Source: an uncultured Actinomycetota bacterium (lineage in GTDB: Bacteria; Actinomycetota; Actinomycetes; Propionibacteriales; Nocardioidaceae). Taken from it: a stretch of DNA of 64,000 nt. The stretch is from assembly GCA_963760515.1 (NCBI GenBank), contig CAVXDL010000016.1:1129-65128 (forward strand), written 5' to 3'. Both the position numbers and the translations under genes were made by a program. Within the stretch, counting starts at the first letter, position 1; each line of letters begins with the position of its first letter. Positions 47,016 through 57,092 of the stretch are shown piece after piece. The notes beneath the pieces were generated by a model, which was not told the DNA's origin, did no database searches, and saw nothing but the letters and a program-made list of their open reading frames with translations.

Positions 47016-48983
47016 GTGCCGTACGCGACCCGGCCCGGCGACGTCCTCGCTGACCGCTACCGCCTGGTCGACCTGCTGAGCGAGAGCGGCGACGGGCGGT
47101 TCTGGCGTGCTCACGACCGGGTCCTGGAGCGCCACGTCGCGATCCACGTCATCCGTAGCGACGACGCCCGGGCGCCTGGGCTCATGGAGGCCGCCAGACG
47201 CGCAGCCACCGTGCTGGACCGGCGCATCCTGCGCGTGCTCGACGCCGACGTGAACGACCAGGTCTGCTACGTCGTCAACGAGTGGGGCTGGGGCGCCTCG
47301 TTGGACATCGTCGCCGCCGGGACCGGGCCCCTCGGTCCGCGTCGCTCGGCCTGGCTCGTGGCCGAGGTCGCCGACTCGATCGCCACCGCGCACCGGGCCG
47401 GGATCGCCCACGGCCGCCTCAACCCCGAGAACGTGCTGATCGACCGCACCGGTGGTGTGCGGATCATCGGGCTGTGCGTCGACGCGGCCCTCCACGGCGT
47501 GCCGACCGACGACCTCCGCCACGACCTCACCGACCTCGCGGGCCTGCTCCACTGTGCCCTGACCGCCACGTGGGGCGGTGCCTCGGGATCGATCGTCAAG
47601 CCCGCGCCTCGCGAGCACGGTGAGGTGCTGCGGCCGCGCCGGGTGCGGGCCGGCGTACCCCGCCCGCTGGACAGCCTCTGCGAGCAGCTGTTGCACCCGG
47701 ACGGGATCGGCCGGCACCGGGAGCTCGACACCTATGCCGAGAGCGCCCGAGGCATCTCCGACTACCTCGCCGACTTCGTCGGTGACCCCACCGGCATGGC
47801 CGTGGCGCTGCTGTCGTGCGCGCCCGCGGTGCTGCCCGACGAAGAGCTCATCGTGCTGCCCCAGGTGCCCGAGCTCACGCCCCACGACGGATCGTGGCCC
47901 ACCACGGTCACCGCGGCGTCCGGCTCGTCGTCGAACGGCGTGGCCGCCACCGGCGCCGAGGACGTCGTCCCCACGGCGAAGCCGGACTCCGACTCGGGCT
48001 CGGGCTCGGGCTCTGCGGCCGGCGTGGACCGCCCGACCCAGGCCGGCCTGCCGATCTTCGGCGACGACGAGGACGACGTCGCCTGGCTGGAGCGACGCAC
48101 GCCCCCGCCCCCGCCCCCGCCGTTCGAGGACCCTCCCGAGCGGCCTCTGTTCGCTCCCGAGCCGCGCGACGGCGCGCCGGCGCGCACCGCACGCCCCGGC
48201 ACCCGCGCTGCGGAGGCGCCCGCGGCCGGTGCTCGTGGCCGCGACGAGTACTGGCCGTGGGACACCGGGCACGGCACCGGCACCGGGCTGGGCCACGGGA
48301 TCGGGCACGGCGGCACCAGCAGCACCCTGCTGCCCGTGATCGCCGACGACTCGGTGCCGGGACGCTCGACGTTCCGGCTCGCGGGCCTGGTCCTGACGGT
48401 CCTCGTCGTGATCGTCGCGGTCGCGGTCGCGGTCAACCTCGGTCGCGGCCGTGGGGTGCTCGGCATGACGGACGACGCCGGCTCGACCCCGAGTGAGTCC
48501 GCGACGTCGCCGCTCTCCGCCGCCGCCCCGTTGGCGGGCGTCACCGCCACCACGCTCGACCCGCTCGGTGACGGCGCCGAGAACGACGACGAAGCAGCCC
48601 TGGCCGTCGACGGCGACGCGACCACGGCCTGGCGCACGCAGGGCTACAACGACCAGCTCGGTCCCCCGCCCGGTGCTCTCAAGACCGGCGTCGGACTCGT
48701 CCTCGACCTCGGTGGACCGCACACGGTCTCCGCCGTCGACCTCCGTCTCGACGGCTCTCCCACCGAGGTGTCGCTCTACGTCACCGACCAGGCGCCCGCC
48801 GGGGTCGACGACCTCCAGCCGGTCGCCACCGGCACGATCACCGGCCGCAGGACTGCCACCGGCACCCTCGAGCCCACCGGCGAGGTGACCGGCAGCTTCG
48901 TCACCGTGTGGCTGACCTCCTTGCCGGCCGACGGGTCGGTCTTCCGTGGACGGATCGCCGAGGTGGTCGTCCATGGAGACTGA
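47016..48983 (+). CDS. protein-kinase-like pseudokinase with a TM segment and a discoidin-like extracellular domain
   Basis: GTG 47016 has a GGAGAG RBS. The kinase fold has degenerate catalytic motifs (VAIHVI instead of VAIK; HRAGIAHGRLNPENV instead of HRDLKPEN). It has one TM helix (LVLTVLVVIVAVAVAV) and a C-terminus reading DGDATTAWRTQGY... Confidence 0.8.
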   Translation: MPYATRPGDVLADRYRLVDLLSESGDGRFWRAHDRVLERHVAIHVIRSDDARAPGLMEAARRAATVLDRRILRVLDADVNDQVCYVVNEWGWGASLDIVAAGTGPLGPRRSAWLVAEVADSIATAHRAGIAHGRLNPENVLIDRTGGVRIIGLCVDAALHGVPTDDLRHDLTDLAGLLHCALTATWGGASGSIVKPAPREHGEVLRPRRVRAGVPRPLDSLCEQLLHPDGIGRHRELDTYAESARGISDYLADFVGDPTGMAVALLSCAPAVLPDEELIVLPQVPELTPHDGSWPTTVTAASGSSSNGVAATGAEDVVPTAKPDSDSGSGSGSAAGVDRPTQAGLPIFGDDEDDVAWLERRTPPPPPPPFEDPPERPLFAPEPRDGAPARTARPGTRAAEAPAAGARGRDEYWPWDTGHGTGTGLGHGIGHGGTSSTLLPVIADDSVPGRSTFRLAGLVLTVLVVIVAVAVAVNLGRGRGVLGMTDDAGSTPSESATSPLSAAAPLAGVTATTLDPLGDGAENDDEAALAVDGDATTAWRTQGYNDQLGPPPGALKTGVGLVLDLGGPHTVSAVDLRLDGSPTEVSLYVTDQAPAGVDDLQPVATGTITGRRTATGTLEPTGEVTGSFVTVWLTSLPADGSVFRGRIAEVVVHGD

Positions 48984-49686
48984 CGTGCGGGTCGAGCCCG
49001 ATGCCGGGACCGCCGAACCGAGCGATGCAGCACTGCTCCGCGCCCACGTGGCCGGCGACCCCGCCGCGTTCGGGGAGCTGTTCGCCCGACACCGCGGACG
49101 GCTCTGGGCCGTTGCGCTGCGCACCATGGGCAATCCCGAGGACGCCGCCGACGGGCTCCAGGACGGCATGGTCGCCGCCTTCCGCCGCGCCGCGTCGTTC
49201 CGCGGCGAGTCGCAGGTCACCACCTGGTTGCACCGCGTGGTCGTCAACGCGTGCCTCGACCGGCTGCGCGCCATGAAGGTGCGCCACACCGACTCCCTCC
49301 CCGACGACCTCGAGGAGTACGGCGACCGCGGCTCGCTGGTCTCCTCGACGCCGGTCACCACCGACCCGGTCGAGGTCACGCTGGTGCAGGAGCGCCGCCG
49401 GCAGGTGCTCGCCGCGCTGGCCACGCTGTCCGGTGAGCAACGCGCCGCGCTGGTGCTCGTGGACATGGAGGGCTACCCGGTCGCGGAGGCAGCCGAGATC
49501 CTCGGCTGCGCCGTGGGCACGGTGAAGTCGCGGTGCGCGCGCGGCCGCGCCCGGCTCGCTGTGCTTCTCGTCGATCTGGTCGGGGAGCCTGATGCCGGGA
49601 GCGCCCGCGTGGACCCCACGGGGAACCCTCCCGGGCCGGGCGCCGTCCCATCCGTGAACCCGCCACGAGGGCCACCGCTCTCGTGA
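48973..49686 (+). CDS. sigM: ECF RNA polymerase sigma factor (SigM position)
   Basis: Region 2 reads ...DGMVAAFRRAASFRGESQVTTWLHRVVVNACLDRLR and region 4 reads EQRAALVLVDMEGYPVAEAAEILGCAVGTVKSRCARGR. Confidence 0.85.
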   Translation: METDVRVEPDAGTAEPSDAALLRAHVAGDPAAFGELFARHRGRLWAVALRTMGNPEDAADGLQDGMVAAFRRAASFRGESQVTTWLHRVVVNACLDRLRAMKVRHTDSLPDDLEEYGDRGSLVSSTPVTTDPVEVTLVQERRRQVLAALATLSGEQRAALVLVDMEGYPVAEAAEILGCAVGTVKSRCARGRARLAVLLVDLVGEPDAGSARVDPTGNPPGPGAVPSVNPPRGPPLS

Positions 49687-49746
49687 CCACCGAGCCCCTA
49701 CCCGCTGACGCGCAGCTGTTGCTGTGTCGAGAGACTGTGAAACCTG

Positions 49747-50485
49747 ATGCCCGAGCACGACCCCGAGGTCACGCCTGAGCAGGAGACCCGACTGCGTCGC
49801 CTGCTGGTCGAGGCGCGCCACGAGGAGCCCGTCCCGGTCGATGTCGTCGCGCGACTCGATCGGGTGCTCTCCCAGCTGGTGGAGGAGGGCCCGGCCGAGA
49901 TCGACGCTCGCCGCGGGGTCACCGACCTCAGCGCCCGCCGCCGTCGCCGAGCCGGCGCCCTGCTCCTCGCGGCCGCGGCCGTCGTGGTGGTCGGGGTCGG
50001 CATCGGGCAGGCGGTGAACTCGCCGTCGTCCGACAACCAGAGCCGCAAGCGAGTCGGTCGCCGACAGTGCCGGCGGCGCGCCCGAAGGAGCCTTCGCCGA
50101 GCAGAGCGCGCCTGAGGTCGGTCCGGGTGAGGAGCCGCCGTCGGTCGCCGGACCGCGCGCCGACACCCAGGTGGAGAAGGCGCAGCCGTTCCTGGTGGCC
50201 AGGCTCTCCGAACGTGGCTTCGCCAAGCAGGTCGTCCGGTTCATCCACCTGCCCGGCTACCGCTCGCTCGGGGGCTCGCGCGTGGCCGGGACCGACCTGA
50301 GCATGTCGGAGTCCTTCATCTGTCCCACCGCCGACTGGGGTCCCGGCAAGTTGTTCGCGGCCCTGTACGACGGCGTGCCCACCGTGCTCGCCTTCCGCCC
50401 GCCCGCGGGTGAGACCCAGACCGTCGACCTGCTGCGCTGCGGCACGGCCGAGGTGCTGCGCTCAACCGTGCTCGCCCGGCGCTGA
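49747..50485 (+). CDS. probable anti-sigma factor (single TM), reading frame broken after the TM helix as assembled
   Basis: ORF 49747..50115 reads [20 protein letters not shown]...[28 protein letters not shown] and then Arg-rich junk. The frame of ORF 50171..50485 is open from 50018 and reads [25 protein letters not shown]...[19 protein letters not shown]... Confidence 0.6.
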
Positions 50486-50609
50486 GCCGCCCTGCGAACG
50501 AGCCCCACCGGCCGGAGCGGCGCTCGGGAATCCTCCTCGCCTACGATCCGTTGTGATCGAGACCACCTCGGAACTGCTGAGGCCATCGACTCGAGGAGAG
50601 CACCACCAC

Positions 50610-51599
50610 ATGTCGGACACCCGCAACGTGATCATCATCGGCTCCGGACCATCGGGCTACACCGCCGCGGTCTACGCCGCGCGAGCCAGCCTGCAGCCCC
50701 TGGTGTTCGAGGGCTCGGTCACCGCCGGCGGCGCCCTCATGAACACCACCGAGGTCGAGAACTTCCCCGGCTTCCGCGACGGCATCATGGGCCCGGCCCT
50801 GATGGACGAGATGCGCGCCCAGGCCGAGCGCTTCGGGGCCGAGATGATCCCCGACGACGTCGTCGAGGTCGACCTCACCTCTGACATCAAGGTCGTCAAG
50901 ACCGCCACCGAGACCTACACCGCCCGGGCCGTGATCCTGGCGACCGGGTCCGGCTACCGCCGGCTCGACCTGCCCAACGAGGACGCCCTGTCGGGTCGCG
51001 GCGTCTCCTGGTGCGCGACCTGCGACGGGTTCTTCTTCCGCGACCAGCACATCGCCGTCGTCGGCGGCGGCGACTCCGCCATCGAGGAGGCCACCTTCTT
51101 GACCCGCTTCGGCTCCAAGGTGTCGCTGATCGTGCGCCGCGACGAGCTGCGCGCCTCCAAGATCATGCAGGAACGCGCCTTCGCCGACCCGAAGCTGGAG
51201 ATCCTGTGGAACAGCGTGATCGACTCGATCAACGGCACCGACTCCTTGGAGTCGCTGACCCTGGCCGACACCGTGACCGGCGAGAAGCGCGAGCTCGACG
51301 CCACCGGACTGTTCATCGCCATCGGCCACGACCCCCGCTCGGAGCTGCTCGTCGGACAGGTCGACCTCGACGAGAACGGCTACGTCCTGGCCACCCACCC
51401 CTCCACGGGCACCAACCTGCCGGGCGTGTTCGCCGCCGGTGACCTCGTCGACCACCAGTACCGCCAGGCGATCACCGCCGCCGGCACCGGGTGCGCTGCC
51501 GCCCTCGACGCCGAGCGGTACCTCTCCGAGCTCGACCACGTCGCCGCCACCGGCGCCGAGGCGCAGCAGCGTGCCGACACCGTGGCCGAGACCGTCTGA
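50610..51599 (+). CDS. trxB: thioredoxin-disulfide reductase
   Basis: [18 protein letters not shown], the redox-active site CATCDG and [15 protein letters not shown]. Confidence 0.97.
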   Translation: MSDTRNVIIIGSGPSGYTAAVYAARASLQPLVFEGSVTAGGALMNTTEVENFPGFRDGIMGPALMDEMRAQAERFGAEMIPDDVVEVDLTSDIKVVKTATETYTARAVILATGSGYRRLDLPNEDALSGRGVSWCATCDGFFFRDQHIAVVGGGDSAIEEATFLTRFGSKVSLIVRRDELRASKIMQERAFADPKLEILWNSVIDSINGTDSLESLTLADTVTGEKRELDATGLFIAIGHDPRSELLVGQVDLDENGYVLATHPSTGTNLPGVFAAGDLVDHQYRQAITAAGTGCAAALDAERYLSELDHVAATGAEAQQRADTVAETV

Positions 51600-51703
51600 C
51601 CATCCCTGGTCCGGTGTCGCGGCCGCCGGTCAGGACGCCGGGAACAACCACCTGAGCGGTGGTGTTGGGACCGACAACAAGCCAAACCTAGAAGGGAATC
51701 ACC

Positions 51704-52030
51704 GTGGGCAACATCCAAGCCGTCACCGATGCCGAGTTCGAGGCACAGGTGCTGAAGTCCGAGAAGCCCGTGCTGGTCGATTTCTGGGCCGAGTGGTGCG
51801 GACCGTGCCGTCAGGTCGCCCCGATCCTCGACGAGCTCGCCGGAGCCCACGGGGAGAAGGTCACGTTCTTGAAGATGAACGTCGACGAGAACCCCGTGAC
51901 CCCCTCGTCGTACCGGGTGACCGGTATCCCGACGATCAACATCTACAAGGGCGGCGAGGTCGTGCGCACCATCGTCGGTGCCCGCCCCAAGGCCGCCCTG
52001 CTCAAGGAGCTCGACGAGTTCATCGCGTGA
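51704..52030 (+). CDS. trxA: thioredoxin
   Basis: WAEWCGPCRQ active site; 108 aa. Confidence 0.97.
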   Translation: MGNIQAVTDAEFEAQVLKSEKPVLVDFWAEWCGPCRQVAPILDELAGAHGEKVTFLKMNVDENPVTPSSYRVTGIPTINIYKGGEVVRTIVGARPKAALLKELDEFIA

Positions 52031-52709
52031 TCGTGCGCTGATCACTCGGTCCCGACAGGCCCTGCTTCGGCAGGGCCTGTCGTGCGTCCGGGACCGGGAC
52101 AGGGGCCGGACGCCAGGCGCCGACGAGCCGGTCCAGCGCCGCCTCGACCTCCTCGCGCCAGGTGAGCGCCGAGCGCAGGTCCATGCGCATGCGCGGGGTC
52201 AGCGGGTGGGGTCGCACCGTGCGGAAGCCCACCCGGGCCAGGAAGTCGGTGGCGACCAGGCACCGCCGCGTGCCGCGGGTGTCCCCGAAGGCCTCCACGG
52301 CGCGGACCCCTCCTCGATCGATCAGGTCGCGTGCCATGGCCTGCACCAGCGCCCGTCCCAGGCCGCCGCCGGTGTGCTCCGGGGCGACGTAGACGTTGGT
52401 CAGCAGCACAGCGTCGTGGGAGACCGGCGCCGTCGGGTAGCCGGCGCTGCCGGGCACGAACGCGGTCGGCGCGTAGATGACGTAGCCGACCGTGACGTCG
52501 TCCACCACCATGACGCGACCGCACGAACCCCACTCCCGCAGCACCCACGACAACCAGGCGTCCTTCTCGGCACCCGCCTCGGTGTCGTCGGCGATCCGGG
52601 CCCGTCGGACAGGGTCGAGCTCCCAGTGCACGCACGTACGGCACGGCACACCGGCGTCCCCGAGGTCACGCAGACGATCGGGGGTGAGCCGGAGGATCCT
52701 GCGGGTCAC
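52020..52709 (-). CDS. GNAT family N-acetyltransferase
   Basis: This is the 3' part of ORF 52020..53951. GTG 52709 has a GGGAGG RBS. The sequence reads ...LLTNVYVAPEHTGGGLGRALVQAMARDLIDRG (acetyl-CoA motif A). Confidence 0.75.
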   Translation of the reverse strand: MTRRILRLTPDRLRDLGDAGVPCRTCVHWELDPVRRARIADDTEAGAEKDAWLSWVLREWGSCGRVMVVDDVTVGYVIYAPTAFVPGSAGYPTAPVSHDAVLLTNVYVAPEHTGGGLGRALVQAMARDLIDRGGVRAVEAFGDTRGTRRCLVATDFLARVGFRTVRPHPLTPRMRMDLRSALTWREEVEAALDRLVGAWRPAPVPVPDARQALPKQGLSGPSDQRTITR

Positions 52710-52820
52710 CCTCCCATTGTGGCCGCTCCCGCCCCGTGTCGCACGTGTCGCAGCGGCGCCGCGTGGCGCGGCTGACGGGACAGGCCCCGCGACGTTGCCG
52801 GGACCTGCGAGGATGACGAG

Positions 52821-54035
52821 GTGCGTCAGATCCGACAGAGCAAGAAACTCCACGACGTCCGTTACGACGTACGGGGCCCCATCCTGGTCGAGGCCCAGCG
52901 GCTCGAGGCCGAGGGCCACCGCATCCTGAAGCTCAACATCGGCAACCCTGCGCCGTTCGGCTTCGAGGCCCCTGAGGCGATCGTGACCGACATGACGCGG
53001 CACCTGCCGGAGTCCCAGGGCTACAGCGACTCCCAGGGGATCTATCCCGCCCGCACCGCGGTCGCGCAGTTCTACCAGGGCCGCGGGCTGCGCGACGTCC
53101 ACGTGGAGGACGTGTTCATCGGCAACGGGGTCTCCGAGCTCATCTCGATGGTGCTGCAGGCCTTCCTCGACGACGGCAACGAGGTCCTGGTGCCCGCGCC
53201 GGACTATCCCCTGTGGACCGGGATGGTCACGCTGTGCGGCGGCACCCCCGTGCACTACCTCTGCGACGAGGCCAACGACTGGAACCCGGACCTGGCCGAC
53301 ATCGAGGCCAAGATCACCGAGAACACCCACGCGCTGGTCATCATCAACCCCAACAACCCCACCGGCGCGGTCTACAGCGAGGAGATCGTGCGCGGGCTGG
53401 TCGACATCGCCCGGCGCCATGACCTCGTGGTCTTCGCCGACGAGATCTACGAGAAGATCCTGTTCGACGACGCGGTGCACCACCACGCCGCAGCCGCCGC
53501 CGGGAACGATGTGCTCTGCCTGACCTTCAGCGGCCTGTCGAAGGCCTACCGGGTGTGTGGCTACCGGGCCGGGTGGGTCATGGTCTCGGGCCCCAAGGAG
53601 ATCGCCACCGACTTCCTCGAGGGCCTCACGTTGGTCGCCAACATGCGGATGTGCTCCAACGTGCCGGCCCAGCACGCCATCCAGACCGCGTTGGGCGGCT
53701 ACCAGTCGATCGAGGAGCTGATCGTCCCCGGCGGCCGCTTCTACGAGCAGAGCATGCTGGCTCACCGGCTGCTCAACGAGATCCCCGGCGTGTCGTCGGT
53801 CAAGCCGCGCGGCGCGCTCTACTGCTTCCCGCGGCTGGACCCGGAGGTCTACGCCATCGACGACGACCAGGAGTTCGTCATCGACCTGCTGCGGGCCAAG
53901 AAGATCCTGGTCACGCACGGCACCGGCTTCAACTGGCCCGAACCCGACCACTTCCGGCTCGTGACCTTGCCGGACGTGGCCGTGCTCGAGGAGGCCATCG
54001 GCCGCATCGCCGACTTCCTCGCCACCCGTCGCTGA
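52821..54035 (+). CDS. pyridoxal-phosphate-dependent aminotransferase (class I, AlaA/AspC-like)
   Basis: KLNIGNPAPFGF, NPNNPTG and SGLSKAY (PLP lysine) motifs; 404 aa. Confidence 0.9.
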   Translation: MRQIRQSKKLHDVRYDVRGPILVEAQRLEAEGHRILKLNIGNPAPFGFEAPEAIVTDMTRHLPESQGYSDSQGIYPARTAVAQFYQGRGLRDVHVEDVFIGNGVSELISMVLQAFLDDGNEVLVPAPDYPLWTGMVTLCGGTPVHYLCDEANDWNPDLADIEAKITENTHALVIINPNNPTGAVYSEEIVRGLVDIARRHDLVVFADEIYEKILFDDAVHHHAAAAAGNDVLCLTFSGLSKAYRVCGYRAGWVMVSGPKEIATDFLEGLTLVANMRMCSNVPAQHAIQTALGGYQSIEELIVPGGRFYEQSMLAHRLLNEIPGVSSVKPRGALYCFPRLDPEVYAIDDDQEFVIDLLRAKKILVTHGTGFNWPEPDHFRLVTLPDVAVLEEAIGRIADFLATRR

Positions 54036-54089
54036 CCGGGTTCCCCGTACCGTCTGCTCCTACTCCCCCTGTGGCCCCTGGAGGTCCCC

Positions 54090-54869
54090 ATGCTCGACAT
54101 CACCTACCCCCCGATCATCGCCGCGGCGAAGGCCGGCTTCCGGTTGCTCGGGCAGGACTTCCACATGGAGGGCACCGAGCACGTCCCGCGCAAGGGCGGC
54201 GTGCTGCTGGCGGTCAACCACATCGGCTACGTCGACTTCGTCTACGGCGGACTGGCTGCCAATCCCTCGGGTCGCCTGGTGCGCTTCATGGCCAAGCGCG
54301 AGCTGTTCGACCACAAGCTGACCGGACCGCTCATGCGTTCCCTGCACCACATCGAGGTCGACCGGGGCGCCGGGGTGGCCTCCGCAGAGCTGGCGGTGAA
54401 GTACCTCAAGGACGGCGAGGCCGTGGGCATCTTCCCGGAGGCCACGATCTCGCGCGCGTTCGTCCTCAAGGAGTTCAAGACCGGAGCCGTGCGGATCGCG
54501 GCAGAGGCCGGCGTGCCGATCGTGCCGGTCATCCTGTGGGGCACCCACCGGATGATGACCAAGGACCACGAGAAGGACTTCTCGCGCGGCAAGACCATCT
54601 CGATCCGGTGCGCCCCGCCGCTCCACCCCACCGGGGAGGACCCGGTCGCCGAGACCGCCGAGCTGCGCACGGTCATGACCGACCTGCTCGACGAGACGAT
54701 CCGCTCCTACCCCGCCGAGGAGCAGCCTCCCGGATCATGGTGGCTGCCCGCGTCGTACGGCGGGTCGGCGCCCACGCTGGAGGAAGCTGCCCGGCTCGAC
54801 GCGGAGGAGAAGCGGCAGCGCGCCGCCAAGCGCGCCGCCGCCCGGGCCAAGAAGTCGAGCGCCAAGTAG
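54090..54869 (+). CDS. lysophospholipid (1-acyl-sn-glycerol-3-phosphate) acyltransferase family protein
   Basis: The motifs are VNHIGYVDF (HX4D) and IFPEATISR. Confidence 0.9.
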   Translation: MLDITYPPIIAAAKAGFRLLGQDFHMEGTEHVPRKGGVLLAVNHIGYVDFVYGGLAANPSGRLVRFMAKRELFDHKLTGPLMRSLHHIEVDRGAGVASAELAVKYLKDGEAVGIFPEATISRAFVLKEFKTGAVRIAAEAGVPIVPVILWGTHRMMTKDHEKDFSRGKTISIRCAPPLHPTGEDPVAETAELRTVMTDLLDETIRSYPAEEQPPGSWWLPASYGGSAPTLEEAARLDAEEKRQRAAKRAAARAKKSSAK

Positions 54870-54935
54870 CTTGACCGACTGATCTATTGATCGACCAATC
54901 GATCTAGCCATAGATCGCTTTGTCGACTTATCGCC

Positions 54936-56018
54936 TCAGGACTCAGGAGCGGAGGGGTCCATCACGTCCACGATGCGCCGCAGGTCCTCCAACGTCGCGA
55001 ACTCGACGGTGATCTTGCCCTTGCGCTGACCCAGGTCGACCTTCACCCGGGTCTCGAACCGGTCCGAGAGCCGCTCGGCGAGGTCGGCGAGGCCGGGGGC
55101 CGTGGGACGGCGACGCTGCTGACGCGTCTCGGGGCGCCCGTGGTCGCCCACGGCCACGATCTCCTCGAGCGCGCGCACGCTGATGCCCTCGGCCACCACC
55201 CGCTGTGCGAGCCGGTCCTGGACCTCGGCATCGGAGACGCTGAGCAGGGAGCGTGCGTGGCCGGCCGACAGCACGCCGGCGGCGACGCGGCGCTGCACCG
55301 CGGGGCTGAGCTTCAGCAGCCGCAGGGTGTTGCTGATCTGCGGGCGGGAGCGCCCGATGCGCGATGCGAGCTCGTCGTGGGTGCAGCCGAAGTCCTCGAG
55401 CAGCTGGGAGTAGGCGGCTGCCTCTTCGAGGGGGTTGAGCTGCGAGCGGTGGAGGTTCTCCAGCAGCGCATCGCGCAGCATGTCGACATCGTCGGTCTGC
55501 CGGATGATCGCCGGGATCGCGGTGAGGCCCGCTTGCTGCGAGGCCCGCCACCGCCGCTCCCCCATGATCAGCTCGTACGACGTCGGTCCCGTGCGCCGCA
55601 CCACGATCGGCTGGAGGAGGCCGACCTCGGTGATGGAGTGGACCAGCTCGGCCATGGCCTCCTCGTCGAAGACCTGCCGCGGCTGGACGGCGTTGGGCAC
55701 GATCTCAGCGATCGGCAGCTCGGCGAAGTACGCGCCGTCGACCGGGGCCATGCCCGGGGCGGGCGCTGTGCCCGGCTCCGAGGCGTCATCGGTGGCCGGC
55801 GCAGCGTCGGCAGGCGGCGGAGTGGAGCGATGGTCCCCGTTGGCGCCGGAGGCCGGGGGCCGCGAGGTCGCGCCGCCGGCGGGTGAGCCGGTCGCGGTGC
55901 CGGCATCAGCGGTCGCGTCAGCGGTCGCCTCGTCGGTGGCGACCGAGGGAGGGGCCGAGGGGATCAACGATCCCAGGCCACGGCCCAGGCCACGGCGCTG
56001 AGGTCCAGGAGTGCTCAT
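54936..56018 (-). CDS. parB: chromosome partitioning protein ParB
   Basis: [26 protein letters not shown] and an HTH reading ...[23 protein letters not shown]. The start overlaps the parA stop as ATGA. Confidence 0.95.
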   Translation of the reverse strand: MSTPGPQRRGLGRGLGSLIPSAPPSVATDEATADATADAGTATGSPAGGATSRPPASGANGDHRSTPPPADAAPATDDASEPGTAPAPGMAPVDGAYFAELPIAEIVPNAVQPRQVFDEEAMAELVHSITEVGLLQPIVVRRTGPTSYELIMGERRWRASQQAGLTAIPAIIRQTDDVDMLRDALLENLHRSQLNPLEEAAAYSQLLEDFGCTHDELASRIGRSRPQISNTLRLLKLSPAVQRRVAAGVLSAGHARSLLSVSDAEVQDRLAQRVVAEGISVRALEEIVAVGDHGRPETRQQRRRPTAPGLADLAERLSDRFETRVKVDLGQRKGKITVEFATLEDLRRIVDVMDPSAPES

Positions 56019-57013
56019 GCCGGCACCCCCCGGGTCGCGATCTCGCGGGCCGCCTCGAAGTAGCTGAGTGCACCGGGGGAGCCCGGGTCGTAGGTCATCA
56101 CGGTCTGACCGTACGACGGCGCCTCGGAGACCCGTACCGACCGGGGGATGTTGGTGCGCAGCACCTGCTCGCCGAAGTGCGCGCGGACCTCCTCGGCGAC
56201 CCCGGCCGCGAGGCGGGTGCGGGCGTCGTACATGGTCAACAGCACCGTGGAGACCGCGAGATCGGGGTTGAGCGCGGCACGCACCATGTCGACGGTCTCC
56301 AACAGCTGCGCGAGGCCCTCGAGCGCGTAGTACTCGGCCTGGATCGGGATCATCATCTCGTCGCCGGCAGCGAGCGCGTTCAGGGTGAGGAGTCCCAGCG
56401 ATGGGGGACAGTCGATGAAGACGTAGTCGAAGCGGTCCTCACCGGCGCTCTCGGCGGTGCCGACCAGCGGATGGGCGTGGATCGCCTTCCGCAGCCGCGT
56501 CTCGCGGGCCACGATGCTGACGAGCTCGATCTCGGCGCCGGCGAGGTCGATCGTGGCGGGCACGACGAACAGTCCCGCCAGGTCCGGGCACGGCTGGACC
56601 ACGTCGACCAGGGGCACGTTGTCGACGAGGGCGTCGTAGGTGGAGGGGACGCCGCGGCGGTGCTCGATGGCGAGCGCGGTGGAGGCGTTCCCCTGCGGGT
56701 CGAGGTCGATCACCAGCACCCGCTGACCGAGCTGGGCCAGCGCGGCGGCGACATTCACCGTGGACGTCGTCTTGCCGACGCCGCCCTTCTGGTTGGCGAC
56801 GACCATGATCCGAGTGGCAGCCGGGCGCTGGAAGCTCTGCCCGGGTCGCGCCTCCTGGCGCGCCAGGATGCTGTGCCGGGCCGCGCGTGCGAGGGGAGTC
56901 GCCTCGGCGTCGTACCCGTCGTCGAAGGAGGCCAGGTCTCCAGCGGTGCGAATGGGGGGCACAGATGACTCCGTTTCACGTGAAACGTCCTGGGTGGTTT
57001 CACGTGAAACCAC
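56015..57013 (-). CDS. parA: chromosome partitioning ATPase ParA
   Basis: It has the deviant Walker [13 protein letters not shown]. The start is uncertain; GTG 57013 gives [18 protein letters not shown]..., and the N-terminal extension carries two parS sites. Confidence 0.85.
   Translation of the reverse strand: MVSRETTQDVSRETESSVPPIRTAGDLASFDDGYDAEATPLARAARHSILARQEARPGQSFQRPAATRIMVVANQKGGVGKTTSTVNVAAALAQLGQRVLVIDLDPQGNASTALAIEHRRGVPSTYDALVDNVPLVDVVQPCPDLAGLFVVPATIDLAGAEIELVSIVARETRLRKAIHAHPLVGTAESAGEDRFDYVFIDCPPSLGLLTLNALAAGDEMMIPIQAEYYALEGLAQLLETVDMVRAALNPDLAVSTVLLTMYDARTRLAAGVAEEVRAHFGEQVLRTNIPRSVRVSEAPSYGQTVMTYDPGSPGALSYFEAAREIATRGVPA
56973..56986. promoter_or_regulatory. parS site
   Basis: GTTTCACGTGAAAC, the 14-bp palindromic core of the ParB-binding consensus tGTTTCACGTGAAACa. 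Confidence 0.85.
56997..57010. promoter_or_regulatory. parS site
   Basis: GTTTCACGTGAAAC, 24 bp from the previous copy. Confidence 0.85.
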
Positions 57014-57047
57014 GTCGGACGGTGCCTGGGGGTAACCAGACGAAAAT

Positions 57048-57091
57048 TGTGGATAACTAGACGTTTCAGGCGGGGGACCGCCTGTGGACAA
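57048..57091. promoter_or_regulatory. two DnaA boxes in the rsmG-parA spacer
   Basis: TGTGGATAA (57048-57056, = TTATCCACA) and TGTGGACAA (57083-57091, = TTGTCCACA), in the same orientation. Confidence 0.45.
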
Positions 57092-57092
57092 C

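Noticed and set aside
52710-53951. Upstream 414 codons of ORF 52020..53951
   Set aside because: Only the last 229 codons look like a protein (GNAT). The rest is antisense to the aminotransferase.
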